A DNA stretch of 64,000 bases from an uncultured Thermoproteaceae archaeon (GTDB lineage: Archaea; Thermoproteota; Thermoprotei; Thermoproteales; Thermocladiaceae): assembly GCA_964575955.1 (NCBI GenBank), contig CAZNTG010000006.1:480001-544000 (forward strand), read 5' to 3'. The position numbers were made by a program, and so were the translations under genes. The notes beneath the pieces are model-generated. The model saw only the letters and a program-made list of their open reading frames with translations. It had not been told where the DNA came from and made no database searches. Positions 12,706 to 22,337 of the stretch are shown here, one piece after another. How positions within the stretch are numbered: the first letter of the stretch is position 1; the number at the start of each line of letters is the position of its first letter.

Positions 12706-13191
12706 GTGAGAAGTTTAAGGATAATATCCATACTTGGAGTAATATCATTCATAGCAGCATCAACATATGTTGAGTATAGTATTGTAATACCTGAAGTAGC
12801 TAGAAAAACAAATATAACATATCTAATACATGCAACACCAATAGCTGTTATAATACTCACAATACTACTATGGCTACTACTTACAATAGTTTTAGCTATA
12901 ATATTGAGATTTATGAAACAATCAGCAATTTTTATAGATGTATTCACATCAACAGGTATGTCATTTTATGGACAGACAATATACTACATAATATTCCTAA
13001 CTGCAAGACAGATAATGAAGTCAGTACTAGTAAATAAGGTAGTATACTTTATAACAATAGTAATTTCAGGTATATTAATTGCATATTGTCTAAATAAGTT
13101 ATGTAAAATGAGTATAAGTAAATCACTAATAGCAGGAATATTAACAACATTGATAGTATATGCAATAGAAATTGTATTAACAGCCAGATAA
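12706..13191 (+). CDS. Membrane protein (about 5 TM, possibly Yip1-like)
   Basis: Hydrophobic segments throughout. Confidence 0.6.
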   Translation: MRSLRIISILGVISFIAASTYVEYSIVIPEVARKTNITYLIHATPIAVIILTILLWLLLTIVLAIILRFMKQSAIFIDVFTSTGMSFYGQTIYYIIFLTARQIMKSVLVNKVVYFITIVISGILIAYCLNKLCKMSISKSLIAGILTTLIVYAIEIVLTAR

Positions 13192-13239
13192 TCAGCGCAA
13201 ACCGTATCAATCATCTCTCAGTGAGGCCCTTCTCATCAT
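13192..13239 (-). ncRNA. C/D-box methylation guide sRNA
   Basis: Minus strand reads ATGATGA-GAAGGGCCTCA-CTGA-GAG-ATGATTG-ATACGGTTTGCG-CTGA (C, D', C', D boxes with 11-12 nt guides). Confidence 0.85.
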
Positions 13240-13258
13240 TACTAAAACATTCTGATGG

Positions 13259-13306
13259 TCAGAGTCCACCTATCTAATCATCTTTCATAGGTCCCAGTCT
13301 CATCAC
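13259..13306 (-). ncRNA. C/D-box methylation guide sRNA, overlapping the 3' end of the upstream ORF
   Basis: Minus strand reads GTGATGA-GACTGGGACCT-ATGA-AAG-ATGATTA-GATAGGTGGACT-CTGA. Confidence 0.75.
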
Positions 13307-14239
13307 TCCAGATCTAACATCTTGAACATAGTCATATATATTAATCTTGACATTACCAACAGGATATACATTAACCACATGTGGATATACGACATGGTAA
13401 ATATCTCCAGAACATCTCCTAAATTGACATATTAGAAGCATATCATCTCTAATAGATAGATGTCCTGTTATAGGATTTATACTTATACTAACTTTAACAT
13501 TAAATTTTCTACAAAATTCTCTAACTATACTATACACCTTTCTAGAATTATCATAATCTAAATTATAGATATTTAATACTTCCACATTTGGTATAGATAA
13601 CATATTTCTATATGAGCTTTCTAAATCTTTAACAAGTAGTATATGTCTTGTTGCTAATATCTTATCAATATTAATACCTATACTAAATGCAACATCTCTA
13701 ATAATCTCTCTAATTCTACTTCTAATCTTACTAGCAAGATCGTATATATCATCTTGAGGATATATTGATAGTACTGTACTTAATATTGATTCTACACCTC
13801 TTCTAGAATCTGTATATGAAATTTTTACTAATCTAGCAATTTCATCAAGTATCATATGTATTAATGTTATGTATATAGCTTCTCTATCAAAAATCTTTTC
13901 AATATACTTAAATACTAGACATGGATCAAATATTCTCCATGAGTCATGTATTCTTAATCTATTTTTAATAATTTTAATTTGTTCTCTAGTATCTAGATAT
14001 GTGTATAGTAGTAGTCCAATACTATATCTAGATATTTCAATACCTAGATTTTGTTCATAAAATTCTAATATATTTTCAATATTGTCACCTCTTATACTAC
14101 TCTTACACTCTTCAATACATTCCTCAAGTATCTTATCATTAATTTCTTTTATAAAATCATCTAGAAATTTATCAACTTCAGGTCTTGCCTTACCTATCAA
14201 TTTTTTACTCCACTTAACATGTACTATATGTGATGGCAC
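13274..14239 (-). CDS. Hypothetical protein with a putative metal-dependent hydrolase N-terminus
   Basis: Likely GTG start at 14239 (MPSHIVHVKW), about 25 nt from TTTATAAA. His/Asp pattern H..EVDKFLD..HD..HMILD. Confidence 0.55.
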   Translation of the reverse strand: MPSHIVHVKWSKKLIGKARPEVDKFLDDFIKEINDKILEECIEECKSSIRGDNIENILEFYEQNLGIEISRYSIGLLLYTYLDTREQIKIIKNRLRIHDSWRIFDPCLVFKYIEKIFDREAIYITLIHMILDEIARLVKISYTDSRRGVESILSTVLSIYPQDDIYDLASKIRSRIREIIRDVAFSIGINIDKILATRHILLVKDLESSYRNMLSIPNVEVLNIYNLDYDNSRKVYSIVREFCRKFNVKVSISINPITGHLSIRDDMLLICQFRRCSGDIYHVVYPHVVNVYPVGNVKINIYDYVQDVRSGVMRLGPMKDD

Positions 14240-14302
14240 TTCGATAAATGTTTTAGAATCATGTTTATAAATAGTAGTTCTCGAATTATTGCTTAGATAA
14301 AT

Positions 14303-14854
14303 GTGGTAGAGATGAAATACATGTCTATACACACGTCACAAGCATGTTACCTAATAATGCCCAGCATAGTCACATTAATAATCACTCATAGACCTGATGG
14401 AGGTTTTAATGCTATGACAGCTTGTTGGATAATGCCTGTATCTAGACATCCACCACTAATTGCTATAGCTATTGCACCTAGAAGATTTACATATGAATGT
14501 TTAAAATCAAACCCTGAATTTACAGTATGTATACTAGGTCCTGAACATGAAGAGATAGCTGACTATTGTGGCTCTATTTCAGGTAGAGAGGAAAATAAGA
14601 TTGAAAATTTGAAGAAGAGAGGTGTAAAGTTGATAAATCTAAACAAGGTTTCAACACCAGGAATTGAAGGTTCTCTAGCAATAATTGGATGTAGATTATG
14701 GAGAGATTATGAAGGTGGTGATCATAGAATAATTGTTGGACAAGTACTTGAATGTATAGTTAGAGAAGACAAGTTTAGAGATGTTTGGAGAGATGTTGAA
14801 CTACTATACTACTATGGCGGTGCTAGATATCTAACAGTCAAGATACCACCATGA
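14303..14854 (+). CDS. Flavin reductase family protein
   Basis: FNAMTACW, PPLIAIAI, CGSISGRE and GGDHRIIVG. Confidence 0.9.
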   Translation: MVEMKYMSIHTSQACYLIMPSIVTLIITHRPDGGFNAMTACWIMPVSRHPPLIAIAIAPRRFTYECLKSNPEFTVCILGPEHEEIADYCGSISGREENKIENLKKRGVKLINLNKVSTPGIEGSLAIIGCRLWRDYEGGDHRIIVGQVLECIVREDKFRDVWRDVELLYYYGGARYLTVKIPP

Positions 14855-15585
14855 AGAGAAAGATATTAACAATAGTAGACTCACACTGTCATCTACACGA
14901 ATTTCAAGATGTAACTATAGAGAAGCTATGTAGTAAGTATACAATAGTTGCAGTATCTGACGATGCACCAAGTAGTTTAAAGACAATTGAAATATCTAAA
15001 AAATATGATACAGTAATACCATGTGTAGGTATTCACCCATGGATGGTTGATAAGATTTCAAAAGACGAGATATACATTATAGAAAAGCTATGTAGTGAAG
15101 CTATGTGTATTGGTGAAGTTGGTCTAGATACTAAATTTGTACCAGATACAATAGATATTCAAAGAGAAATTTTTGAAAAAATGTTAAAAATAGCAAAAGA
15201 ATACTCACTACCTGTAAATCTACATTGTGCAGGTACTTGGAAAGAAGTTTATAATCTAGTATTGAAGTATGATATTGATAAAGCAATATTTCACTGGTAT
15301 ACAGGACCTCTAGATATTCTTGAAGATATTGTAAGATCAGGATATTTCATATCTATAAATCCAGCTGTTAAAATTCAGAAAAAACATCAGGAAGTTGTTA
15401 AGAAAGTTCCTTTAGAAAATATGCTACTTGAAAGTGATGGACCTTACGAGTATAGAGGTCTTAAACTTGAACCAACATTAATTGACGAGACTGTGAAGAT
15501 AATTGCAGAATTGAAGAAGGTTGATGTTAGTATTATAGTTGAGAAGTGTAGAGAGAATGTTAAAAAGATATTTAATATAGAGTAG
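14851..15585 (+). CDS. tatD: TatD family hydrolase
   Basis: DSHCH, GIHPW, IGEVGLD and LESDGPY. Confidence 0.93.
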   Translation: MKRKILTIVDSHCHLHEFQDVTIEKLCSKYTIVAVSDDAPSSLKTIEISKKYDTVIPCVGIHPWMVDKISKDEIYIIEKLCSEAMCIGEVGLDTKFVPDTIDIQREIFEKMLKIAKEYSLPVNLHCAGTWKEVYNLVLKYDIDKAIFHWYTGPLDILEDIVRSGYFISINPAVKIQKKHQEVVKKVPLENMLLESDGPYEYRGLKLEPTLIDETVKIIAELKKVDVSIIVEKCRENVKKIFNIE

Positions 15586-15588
15586 CAT

Positions 15589-16260
15589 ATGAGTGATCTA
15601 ATAATATTTGATAGTGATTATCAAATTGCTAGAAAGAGAATGGTAGAAGAACTTAAACTTGCAGGAATAATAAAATCTAAAAGAATTGAAGAAGCAATGT
15701 TAAAAGTTCCTAGAGATAGATTTGTACCACCTCACGAGAGGATGTATGCTTATGAAGATACACCACTGAGAGTAATGCTTGATCAGACAATATCAGCACC
15801 TCACATGGTAGCTATGATGTGCGAACTTCTTGATCTAAAACCTGGACTTAAAGTACTTGAGATAGGTACAGGAACAGGATATCATGCTGCTGTATGTGCA
15901 GAAGCTATGGAAAGAAAAGGAATTGTATATACGATAGAGTACTTTCCACAACTTGCACTATATGCTGTACAAAATCTAGCAATGCTAGACCTACTAGATG
16001 TTGTTAAAGTATTTACAGGAGATGGATCTAAAGGTCTTCCACAATATGCACCATATGATAGAATTCTAGTAACAGCAGCAGCACAGAAAGATATACCAAA
16101 ACCATTACTAGAACAACTATCACCAAACTATGGAATAATGGTTATTCCAGTAGAAATATCACCAGGAATACAGGTACTGTATAGAGTTATTAGAAAGGAA
16201 GACACATATGAAAAGGAGACTATAACATATGTATCTTTCGTAAGACTTAGAAGTGACTAG
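15589..16260 (+). CDS. pcm: Protein-L-isoaspartate O-methyltransferase
   Basis: QTISAPHM, VLEIGTGTGY and APYDRILVTAA. Confidence 0.95.
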   Translation: MSDLIIFDSDYQIARKRMVEELKLAGIIKSKRIEEAMLKVPRDRFVPPHERMYAYEDTPLRVMLDQTISAPHMVAMMCELLDLKPGLKVLEIGTGTGYHAAVCAEAMERKGIVYTIEYFPQLALYAVQNLAMLDLLDVVKVFTGDGSKGLPQYAPYDRILVTAAAQKDIPKPLLEQLSPNYGIMVIPVEISPGIQVLYRVIRKEDTYEKETITYVSFVRLRSD

Positions 16261-16272
16261 ACAATTATATAC

Positions 16273-17454
16273 TTGTTGAGATTCTCAAAATCACATATTG
16301 AATATATTAAAGATGATATAGGAGAAAACATATACGTAGTTCACACTCTAGATAGTGTAGTAAGACTAGAATATAGAAATAGTCATGAAATACTAGATGA
16401 GATCTATAAGAAGTTTATAACATTAGCAGAATATAAAACTATAGATGATAAAGAAGATTTTGAACTATATCTAGAATATTTAATAAATCAAATAAAGAAT
16501 GAAGATATAGTAAATAAGAAGATAGTAGTTGCATGTAGCATGGGTAAAGATAGTGCTGCAGGCTTCATAATTTTATACGAACTCTGGAATAGAGGAATAT
16601 TGAGATATAGTCCACTTGCAGTATTTACATACATGCCAATTCTTGAAGACCCAATAATACAACTTGCAGACAATTTTATATCAAAATTTGGAGAATTTCT
16701 ATACATAATACATGTGCCAAAATCAGAAATTTTAGAAAAATTAACAACAACAGGATACCCAACACTTCAAGAGAAGTGGTGTAGAGCTATAAAGATGGGT
16801 ACAATTAAAAAATTCTTGAAAAAATTCTCAAAAGACTCTATTGTATATGCTGAATGTGAGAGAATTTTTGAATCTATAAAAAGGCTAAGATCATTATATG
16901 GAAGTAGAGTAGTATTCCCAAGAAAGATAAATCCTGTACTATACTTATCTGAGAGTGACGTATTTAAAATATGTAAGATGTATAACATAGTACATGGCCT
17001 ATATAACTATGGTGCATCAAGAACATCTTGCATGCTTTGTCCATATGCATCAAATGTATGCCATATACAGCATATACACATATGTGAAAAACTTGGAATA
17101 GATATATCACCTCTGATAAAATCTCTTAGAAAATTAGTAAACTACTATAGAGATATTGGACTTGGAGAATATGTAAAAAATGAATATGATGTAATTAAGT
17201 ATGGCCTATTCTCATATAGACATACTAGAGAAGATGCATTAAATAAGATAAAGTTTATAGATAATGCAAAATATGTTGGAATCATAGAAACAATCGAAGA
17301 TTTCTCTAATAGATCTAGAAGATATTTCTACGAATATTTAGAGAAAGTTGAATATATACCTATATGGAAGACTGGTTCATGGAGAAGATGCGAAAAAATT
17401 ATTAGAGATAGAGCTAAAGTTATAATTAAACTAATAACAAATACTATTAGATAA
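16273..17454 (+). CDS. PAPS-reductase-family (PP-loop) protein with Cys motifs
   Basis: SMGKDS, WCRAIK and RTSCMLCPY. Confidence 0.75.
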   Translation: MLRFSKSHIEYIKDDIGENIYVVHTLDSVVRLEYRNSHEILDEIYKKFITLAEYKTIDDKEDFELYLEYLINQIKNEDIVNKKIVVACSMGKDSAAGFIILYELWNRGILRYSPLAVFTYMPILEDPIIQLADNFISKFGEFLYIIHVPKSEILEKLTTTGYPTLQEKWCRAIKMGTIKKFLKKFSKDSIVYAECERIFESIKRLRSLYGSRVVFPRKINPVLYLSESDVFKICKMYNIVHGLYNYGASRTSCMLCPYASNVCHIQHIHICEKLGIDISPLIKSLRKLVNYYRDIGLGEYVKNEYDVIKYGLFSYRHTREDALNKIKFIDNAKYVGIIETIEDFSNRSRRYFYEYLEKVEYIPIWKTGSWRRCEKIIRDRAKVIIKLITNTIR

Positions 17455-18751
17455 ATATCTTAACTTTCCAATACAATTTTCTGAAGGCTATATAGAGTAT
17501 GCTACCTCTAGCTAATGCATCAACAATCATTAATGACCATATAAATACTATAGGCATCTTAAGTATGTAGAATATCAATGTTGGTATAATTCTACTTACA
17601 AACATGCAAACTATATCTAATGTTGCAGAATACATGGCTCTTCCAATTCCCTGAAATGCTCCAATTTCTGCTAATGTAACTGCATGTCCTATATCACTTA
17701 ATGTTGCTAGTATTAAGTATAGTTCTGTTAATTTTATAATTTTGACATTATTTGTAAAATATGGTAAGAATATTGGTGATAGCAATATTATGAGTAGTAC
17801 AAGTCCTGATGTTAATACTATAGATATCACTATTATACTATTCAATATTTTAGTAGTATTCTCTCTACTTCTAACAACCTCACGACCAACTAAAATATTT
17901 GCAACATCTCTAAATGCTAGTATTGGTAAGTATGTGAATGTCTCAATTACTAGACCTAGCTGATATGCCACATATATATCAATTCCATATCTAGCAATTA
18001 CAGATCCATATACTGTGTATAATATCGAAATTATAACTCTCTCAATATATGAAAATAGTCCAACATGTATTAGAGACTGTATAATACTCTTATTAATCTT
18101 AAAATCTATATTAAACACATCTACATGCTTATTTAGAAAGTAGTACATTAGAGGTAATACAGCGTAGACACTTAACGATAATGCTAATCCAGCACCAAGT
18201 ATACCTAAATTAAGACTAAACATGAGTATTGGGTCTAGAATTATGTTAATAATGTCTGAAAGTATCCAACATATTGATGCTTCTCTAGTTTTTCCAAGAC
18301 TATATAATGCTGATAATAGTTGTATAAATAGTATAATTGCAGGTATACCAATAACATATCCATAGAGATATTTTAATGCTAAATTATCTACAATATTTGA
18401 AGGATATATTAATCTTAAAATTATTGGAGAAAATGTAATTATTAGAGATGAAACTCCTAACGAGAATGTTATAGATATTGTGTAGAGTTTAGAGAATATT
18501 TCTTTAAATAACTTAAGATTTCCTGAACCATATGTTTGTGATAGTAGTGTTGTGTATGAGAATAGTAATGCTCCTGTTGTTGAACCTGTAAATATAAATT
18601 CTATATATCTAGCTGTTCCAAATGCGGCAATTGCATACTTTCCTAATCTAGATATGAAGTATATGTTTACTATAGCTAGAATACTCTCAAAGATATACTG
18701 TGTAAATATTGGATATATGATCTTGAGAATGTCTCTTAAGGATGTACACAT
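17447..18751 (-). CDS. MATE family efflux transporter
   Basis: 12-TM pattern, INIILDPILMF and LGILGAGLA. Confidence 0.88.
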   Translation of the reverse strand: MCTSLRDILKIIYPIFTQYIFESILAIVNIYFISRLGKYAIAAFGTARYIEFIFTGSTTGALLFSYTTLLSQTYGSGNLKLFKEIFSKLYTISITFSLGVSSLIITFSPIILRLIYPSNIVDNLALKYLYGYVIGIPAIILFIQLLSALYSLGKTREASICWILSDIINIILDPILMFSLNLGILGAGLALSLSVYAVLPLMYYFLNKHVDVFNIDFKINKSIIQSLIHVGLFSYIERVIISILYTVYGSVIARYGIDIYVAYQLGLVIETFTYLPILAFRDVANILVGREVVRSRENTTKILNSIIVISIVLTSGLVLLIILLSPIFLPYFTNNVKIIKLTELYLILATLSDIGHAVTLAEIGAFQGIGRAMYSATLDIVCMFVSRIIPTLIFYILKMPIVFIWSLMIVDALARGSILYIAFRKLYWKVKIFI

Positions 18752-18805
18752 TTGGGTGTGTATTATATGGTTACTCTAAAAATGCGAATATGTAGAGGAC
18801 TTACC

Positions 18806-18854
18806 TCAGTATTGGTATCACTCTTCACCTATCAGCAATACCAGCCTTCATCAC
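18806..18854 (-). ncRNA. C/D-box methylation guide sRNA
   Basis: Minus strand reads GTGATGA-AGGCTGGTATTG-CTGA-TAG-GTGAAGA-GTGATACCAATA-CTGA. Intergenic. Confidence 0.9.
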
Positions 18855-18864
18855 TTTTAACATA

Positions 18865-19383
18865 CTATTCTTCAGTATTTTCCTCTTCTTCAATATCTAC
18901 CTTATCTCCAAGTCCAATGATCTTCCTATATAGTGAGTATGGGTATGCATATCTCTTAAGGTGATGAGCTACGTATATTGGTGCACCTACACGTACTGCT
19001 AGGGCTGTTGCATCACTAGGTCTTGAATCTATATAAAATACTTCACCAGTCCTATTATCGCGTAGTACTATTGTTGCAACATATATATTGTCTATCATTG
19101 CATCTATAGTAACCTTCTCAATAGTTACATCAAGCTTTTCTAATATGGTTACTAGTAGGTCGTGTGTTAGTGGTCTTGGAAAGTTTAGATTCTCGATAGC
19201 TTTTCTAATTGAGAATGCCATAGCAGAATCTATACATATTGGCAATACATAATCTCCCCAACCTTCTACTGAGAATAGCATTATTGCTCTCTCACCATCA
19301 TAATCAATGACGTCTATAAGTCTAGCTCTACCATACTGGTCTTTACCTGATTCAGAAGATCTACCACCAACCTTCTCTACCAT
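18865..19383 (-). CDS. Bifunctional nuclease family protein (DUF151)
   Basis: LPICI, PRPLTHDL and DSRPSDATALA. Confidence 0.92.
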   Translation of the reverse strand: MVEKVGGRSSESGKDQYGRARLIDVIDYDGERAIMLFSVEGWGDYVLPICIDSAMAFSIRKAIENLNFPRPLTHDLLVTILEKLDVTIEKVTIDAMIDNIYVATIVLRDNRTGEVFYIDSRPSDATALAVRVGAPIYVAHHLKRYAYPYSLYRKIIGLGDKVDIEEEENTEE

Positions 19384-19407
19384 GTATATAATACTACTTT
19401 AAACGTA

Positions 19408-20709
19408 TTATATATATTGTCCTCCAATTAATTTCTCAATCTCAACCTCTTCCTCAACCCATCTCTCAAGATCTCTAATCTTCACAACACCTTTAGAAAA
19501 TTCTCTCTTACCAACAATTATGAATTTCTTAGAGCCAATTTTTGAAGCATATTCAAGAACTGTCCTAAGACTTCTCTCTCCAAATTCTAAGATTACTTTA
19601 AAACCTTTAGAACGTAGTGAATTTGCAATTCTATATGCAACATCTCTCAATTCTCTATCACTACCTACAGTATATACGTAATAGTCAGGACCTAGCTTAG
19701 GTTTATCTAACTTACCTTGAAGTTGAAGAACTTCAACCAATCTTTCAATACCTATAGCAAATCCAAGTGCAGGAACTTTCACACCTGAATATATCTCAAT
19801 TAAATCATCATACCTACCTCCACCACCAATTGCTAAACTATACTCAGGAACGTATACCTCATATACAATACCTGTGTAGTAGTCTAAACCTCTAACAATT
19901 CCAAAATCTAGAAAGACCTTCTTAATAATACCTCTAACATCTAGCTCTTCGATTAATTTAGAAATATTATCTATTAGTGAACTATCTATCTTAAACTCAT
20001 GTAATACTTCCAAAGACTTATCTATTGGAATTACAGTATTTGCAATATTTACTAACATCTCAGCAACATCTCTACCTACATCAACATCTTGCAACATTTT
20101 TATAAGTTCTTCATTACTAACTTTACCTCTCTTATCTAATATTCTCAATATCTTCAATCTAGTATAATCTTTAGGAATGTTCAAATTATCTAGTATATTC
20201 TCAACGATTCTTCTATCGTTTAATCTAACTTCAAATTTTTCAAGACTTACCTCATCTAGAGATTTTATAAGAACTTCAATACTTTCAGCATCTGCCTGTA
20301 TTGAGCTCCATCCTATAAGCTCAATTCCATATTGATGAAATTCTCTATATCTACCATGTTGAGGTTCATCATATCTCCAAACTTTAGATATATAATACCA
20401 CCTTATTGGTTTTGGTAAATCTTTTCTATATGATACAATTCTGGCAATTGGAACTGTTAAATCAAATCTTAAACCAACTTCTCTACCTGCCTTATCTCTA
20501 AAGTAGTATATTTCGTTAATAATTTCCTCACCTGCCTTAGCTTTAAGAACTTCAAAATGTTCTAGAGCTGGTGTTTCAACTCTAAGATAGCCATAACTTT
20601 CAGCTACTTTAGAAAGTTTGTTAGATATATTAATAATTTGATAATAATCTTCAGGTAAGAGATCTCTCATACCTCTAACAGGTCTAAGATATACTTCATC
20701 TAACGGCAT
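19408..20709 (-). CDS. hisS: Histidyl-tRNA synthetase
   Basis: RGMRD, LRFDLTVP, GRYREFHQ, RGLDYYTG and GGGRYD. Confidence 0.97.
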   Translation of the reverse strand: MPLDEVYLRPVRGMRDLLPEDYYQIINISNKLSKVAESYGYLRVETPALEHFEVLKAKAGEEIINEIYYFRDKAGREVGLRFDLTVPIARIVSYRKDLPKPIRWYYISKVWRYDEPQHGRYREFHQYGIELIGWSSIQADAESIEVLIKSLDEVSLEKFEVRLNDRRIVENILDNLNIPKDYTRLKILRILDKRGKVSNEELIKMLQDVDVGRDVAEMLVNIANTVIPIDKSLEVLHEFKIDSSLIDNISKLIEELDVRGIIKKVFLDFGIVRGLDYYTGIVYEVYVPEYSLAIGGGGRYDDLIEIYSGVKVPALGFAIGIERLVEVLQLQGKLDKPKLGPDYYVYTVGSDRELRDVAYRIANSLRSKGFKVILEFGERSLRTVLEYASKIGSKKFIIVGKREFSKGVVKIRDLERWVEEEVEIEKLIGGQYI

Positions 20710-20721
20710 ACATCTCTAGTA

Positions 20722-21486
20722 TTAGAGTAGATTTTTAAGTAGTTGATATGCGTGTACAAATATGTTTCCAAGTAGAATATACATCACAAGACCTATAAAT
20801 ATACATGTAACATACGGTATGTAGTATAGAACGAGCACATTATCATTTCTAGATATCAATCCCTGATCTATATATCTTCTAAGTTCTTCAATAGGATCAT
20901 CATATACTATCTTTGTAATTGATTTTAAGATAAGTTTATCACCAACTCTAACACTACTAATAGCATATTTATGAGGATTTCTAAATACTTCTTCAACAGG
21001 AACACACATTGTAGATAACATATATAGAAACTTCTTAATACCTCTAAGTTCACTTTTCTCTCTACACTTATTAAAATTCTTAATATTGTTCAAAAGTACG
21101 TATAGTGTGTATCCCAGTATTGGTATTGATGTGTTACATATAACTGCTATAGTTGGTATATTCATAACTATATTAAACATACTATTCAATTTTTCTAATT
21201 TTGGTAAACATGCTATTGATAGTAATGCAATAGCTTTAATATCTGCACCACCAGTTATATTAAATATATAGCATAGTAATGCTACTACACCTCCAACAAT
21301 TATACTTGCAATATATTGAACTAGTAGTTTAGTACTGTTAATAATTATTAATATTGTCATTATTGTTGGTATTATTGTAAATATCCAAACTTTATCAGGT
21401 ATTATTCTAGTTTTAAAATCCATATATGCAGCTACTCCAAATATTGAGACTAGTGTAGTATATGATAGTAGCTCTAGCAAATTCAC
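20722..21486 (-). CDS. Prepilin/prearchaellin peptidase (A24 family)
   Basis: N-terminal D (AYMDFKTRIIPD) and GGADIK motifs, with TM segments. Confidence 0.85.
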   Translation of the reverse strand: MNLLELLSYTTLVSIFGVAAYMDFKTRIIPDKVWIFTIIPTIMTILIIINSTKLLVQYIASIIVGGVVALLCYIFNITGGADIKAIALLSIACLPKLEKLNSMFNIVMNIPTIAVICNTSIPILGYTLYVLLNNIKNFNKCREKSELRGIKKFLYMLSTMCVPVEEVFRNPHKYAISSVRVGDKLILKSITKIVYDDPIEELRRYIDQGLISRNDNVLVLYYIPYVTCIFIGLVMYILLGNIFVHAYQLLKNLL

Positions 21487-21531
21487 AATTTATCGTAATC
21501 TAAAATAGCTCATAGAGAATTAATATATTCT

Positions 21532-22221
21532 ATGGATGTTGAAGTTGTTATTGACAGTGAAGTACATAGTCTAGGAGTATATGTACTCTATTTCACAGCT
21601 AGAGATCTAGTGCAGAAGTATGATGAAGAACTTCTAAAATATATAGATGAATGTGTTAGATATGTTAAATCTAATTTAGATATAAACAAGTTGAAAGATA
21701 GTCCGTTCATAAGACCATTTAGAGATCTCTACTGGAAATTAGGTATTGATCCAACTAAAGTTAGACCAGCTCATGAAGCATTAATTAGGAGAATATTGAG
21801 AGGATCTGAATTACCTAAAATAAACCCTGTAGTAGATTTAGGAAATGCTGTAAGTATAAGATACATGTTGCCAATCGGAATATATGATCTAGACAGGTTA
21901 GGAAGTTCTAAACTTATCTTAAGAAAAGCTAGAGATGGAGAAGAAGTAAATCTTCTAGGTTCAGAAAAACCTGTAAAACTTGACAACAGGTACATAGTCT
22001 TAGCTACAGAGAGTGGAAAGATTGTACATGTATATCCTCACAGAGATTGTCAAGAAACCTCAGTAACTGAAAATACTAAAAACATACTATGTATTGTAGG
22101 ATCTGTAAAACCAATACAGGAAAAATATGTACATCAAGCAACTAGTGAACTTAGAGATAAGATAACTACATTCTTCAAACCTCAAAAAATATCTGATATA
22201 AACATAGCGAAAGGTATATAA
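21532..22221 (+). CDS. B3/4 domain protein (PheRS-beta-like editing domain)
   Basis: LGIDPTKVRPAHEALIRR, INPVVDLGNAVS and PIGIYDLD. Confidence 0.92.
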   Translation: MDVEVVIDSEVHSLGVYVLYFTARDLVQKYDEELLKYIDECVRYVKSNLDINKLKDSPFIRPFRDLYWKLGIDPTKVRPAHEALIRRILRGSELPKINPVVDLGNAVSIRYMLPIGIYDLDRLGSSKLILRKARDGEEVNLLGSEKPVKLDNRYIVLATESGKIVHVYPHRDCQETSVTENTKNILCIVGSVKPIQEKYVHQATSELRDKITTFFKPQKISDINIAKGI

Positions 22222-22222
22222 A
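22209..22222 (+). promoter_or_regulatory. BRE/TATA promoter of the tRNA 3'-half locus
   Basis: GAAAGG-TATATAAA (TATA at 22215-22222), 31 nt before the GC-rich leader. The tRNA-Phe in this window has a comparable 28-nt spacing. Confidence 0.6.
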
Positions 22223-22253
22223 CACACCCAGAACAGATCTCTCTAGAAATAAA

Positions 22254-22311
22254 GCCGCGGACCGCCCGAAACAGACCCGCCGACCCCGGTTCGAATCCGG
22301 GCCCGGCTACC
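22254..22311 (+). tRNA. 3' half of tRNA-Gln with GC-rich 5' leader (candidate split tRNA)
   Basis: GA-CCCGC-CGAC-CCCGG-TTCGAAT-CCGGG-CCCGGCT-A gives the anticodon-stem 3' strand, T-arm and acceptor 3' strand (U72, A73, as in archaeal Gln). No D-arm upstream; instead the leader GCCGCGGACCGCCCGAAACA. Confidence 0.78.
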
Positions 22312-22337
22312 TTAACAACTTCTACCTTATGCATACC

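Noticed and set aside
22254-22337. Permuted tRNA, intact intron-containing tRNA, or prophage att site
   Set aside because: No 5' half downstream (AT-rich, then an MFS stop) and no AGCCGGG or D-arm upstream. No integrase or viral genes in the window. An att remnant is not fully excluded, but it would not explain the leader and TATA.
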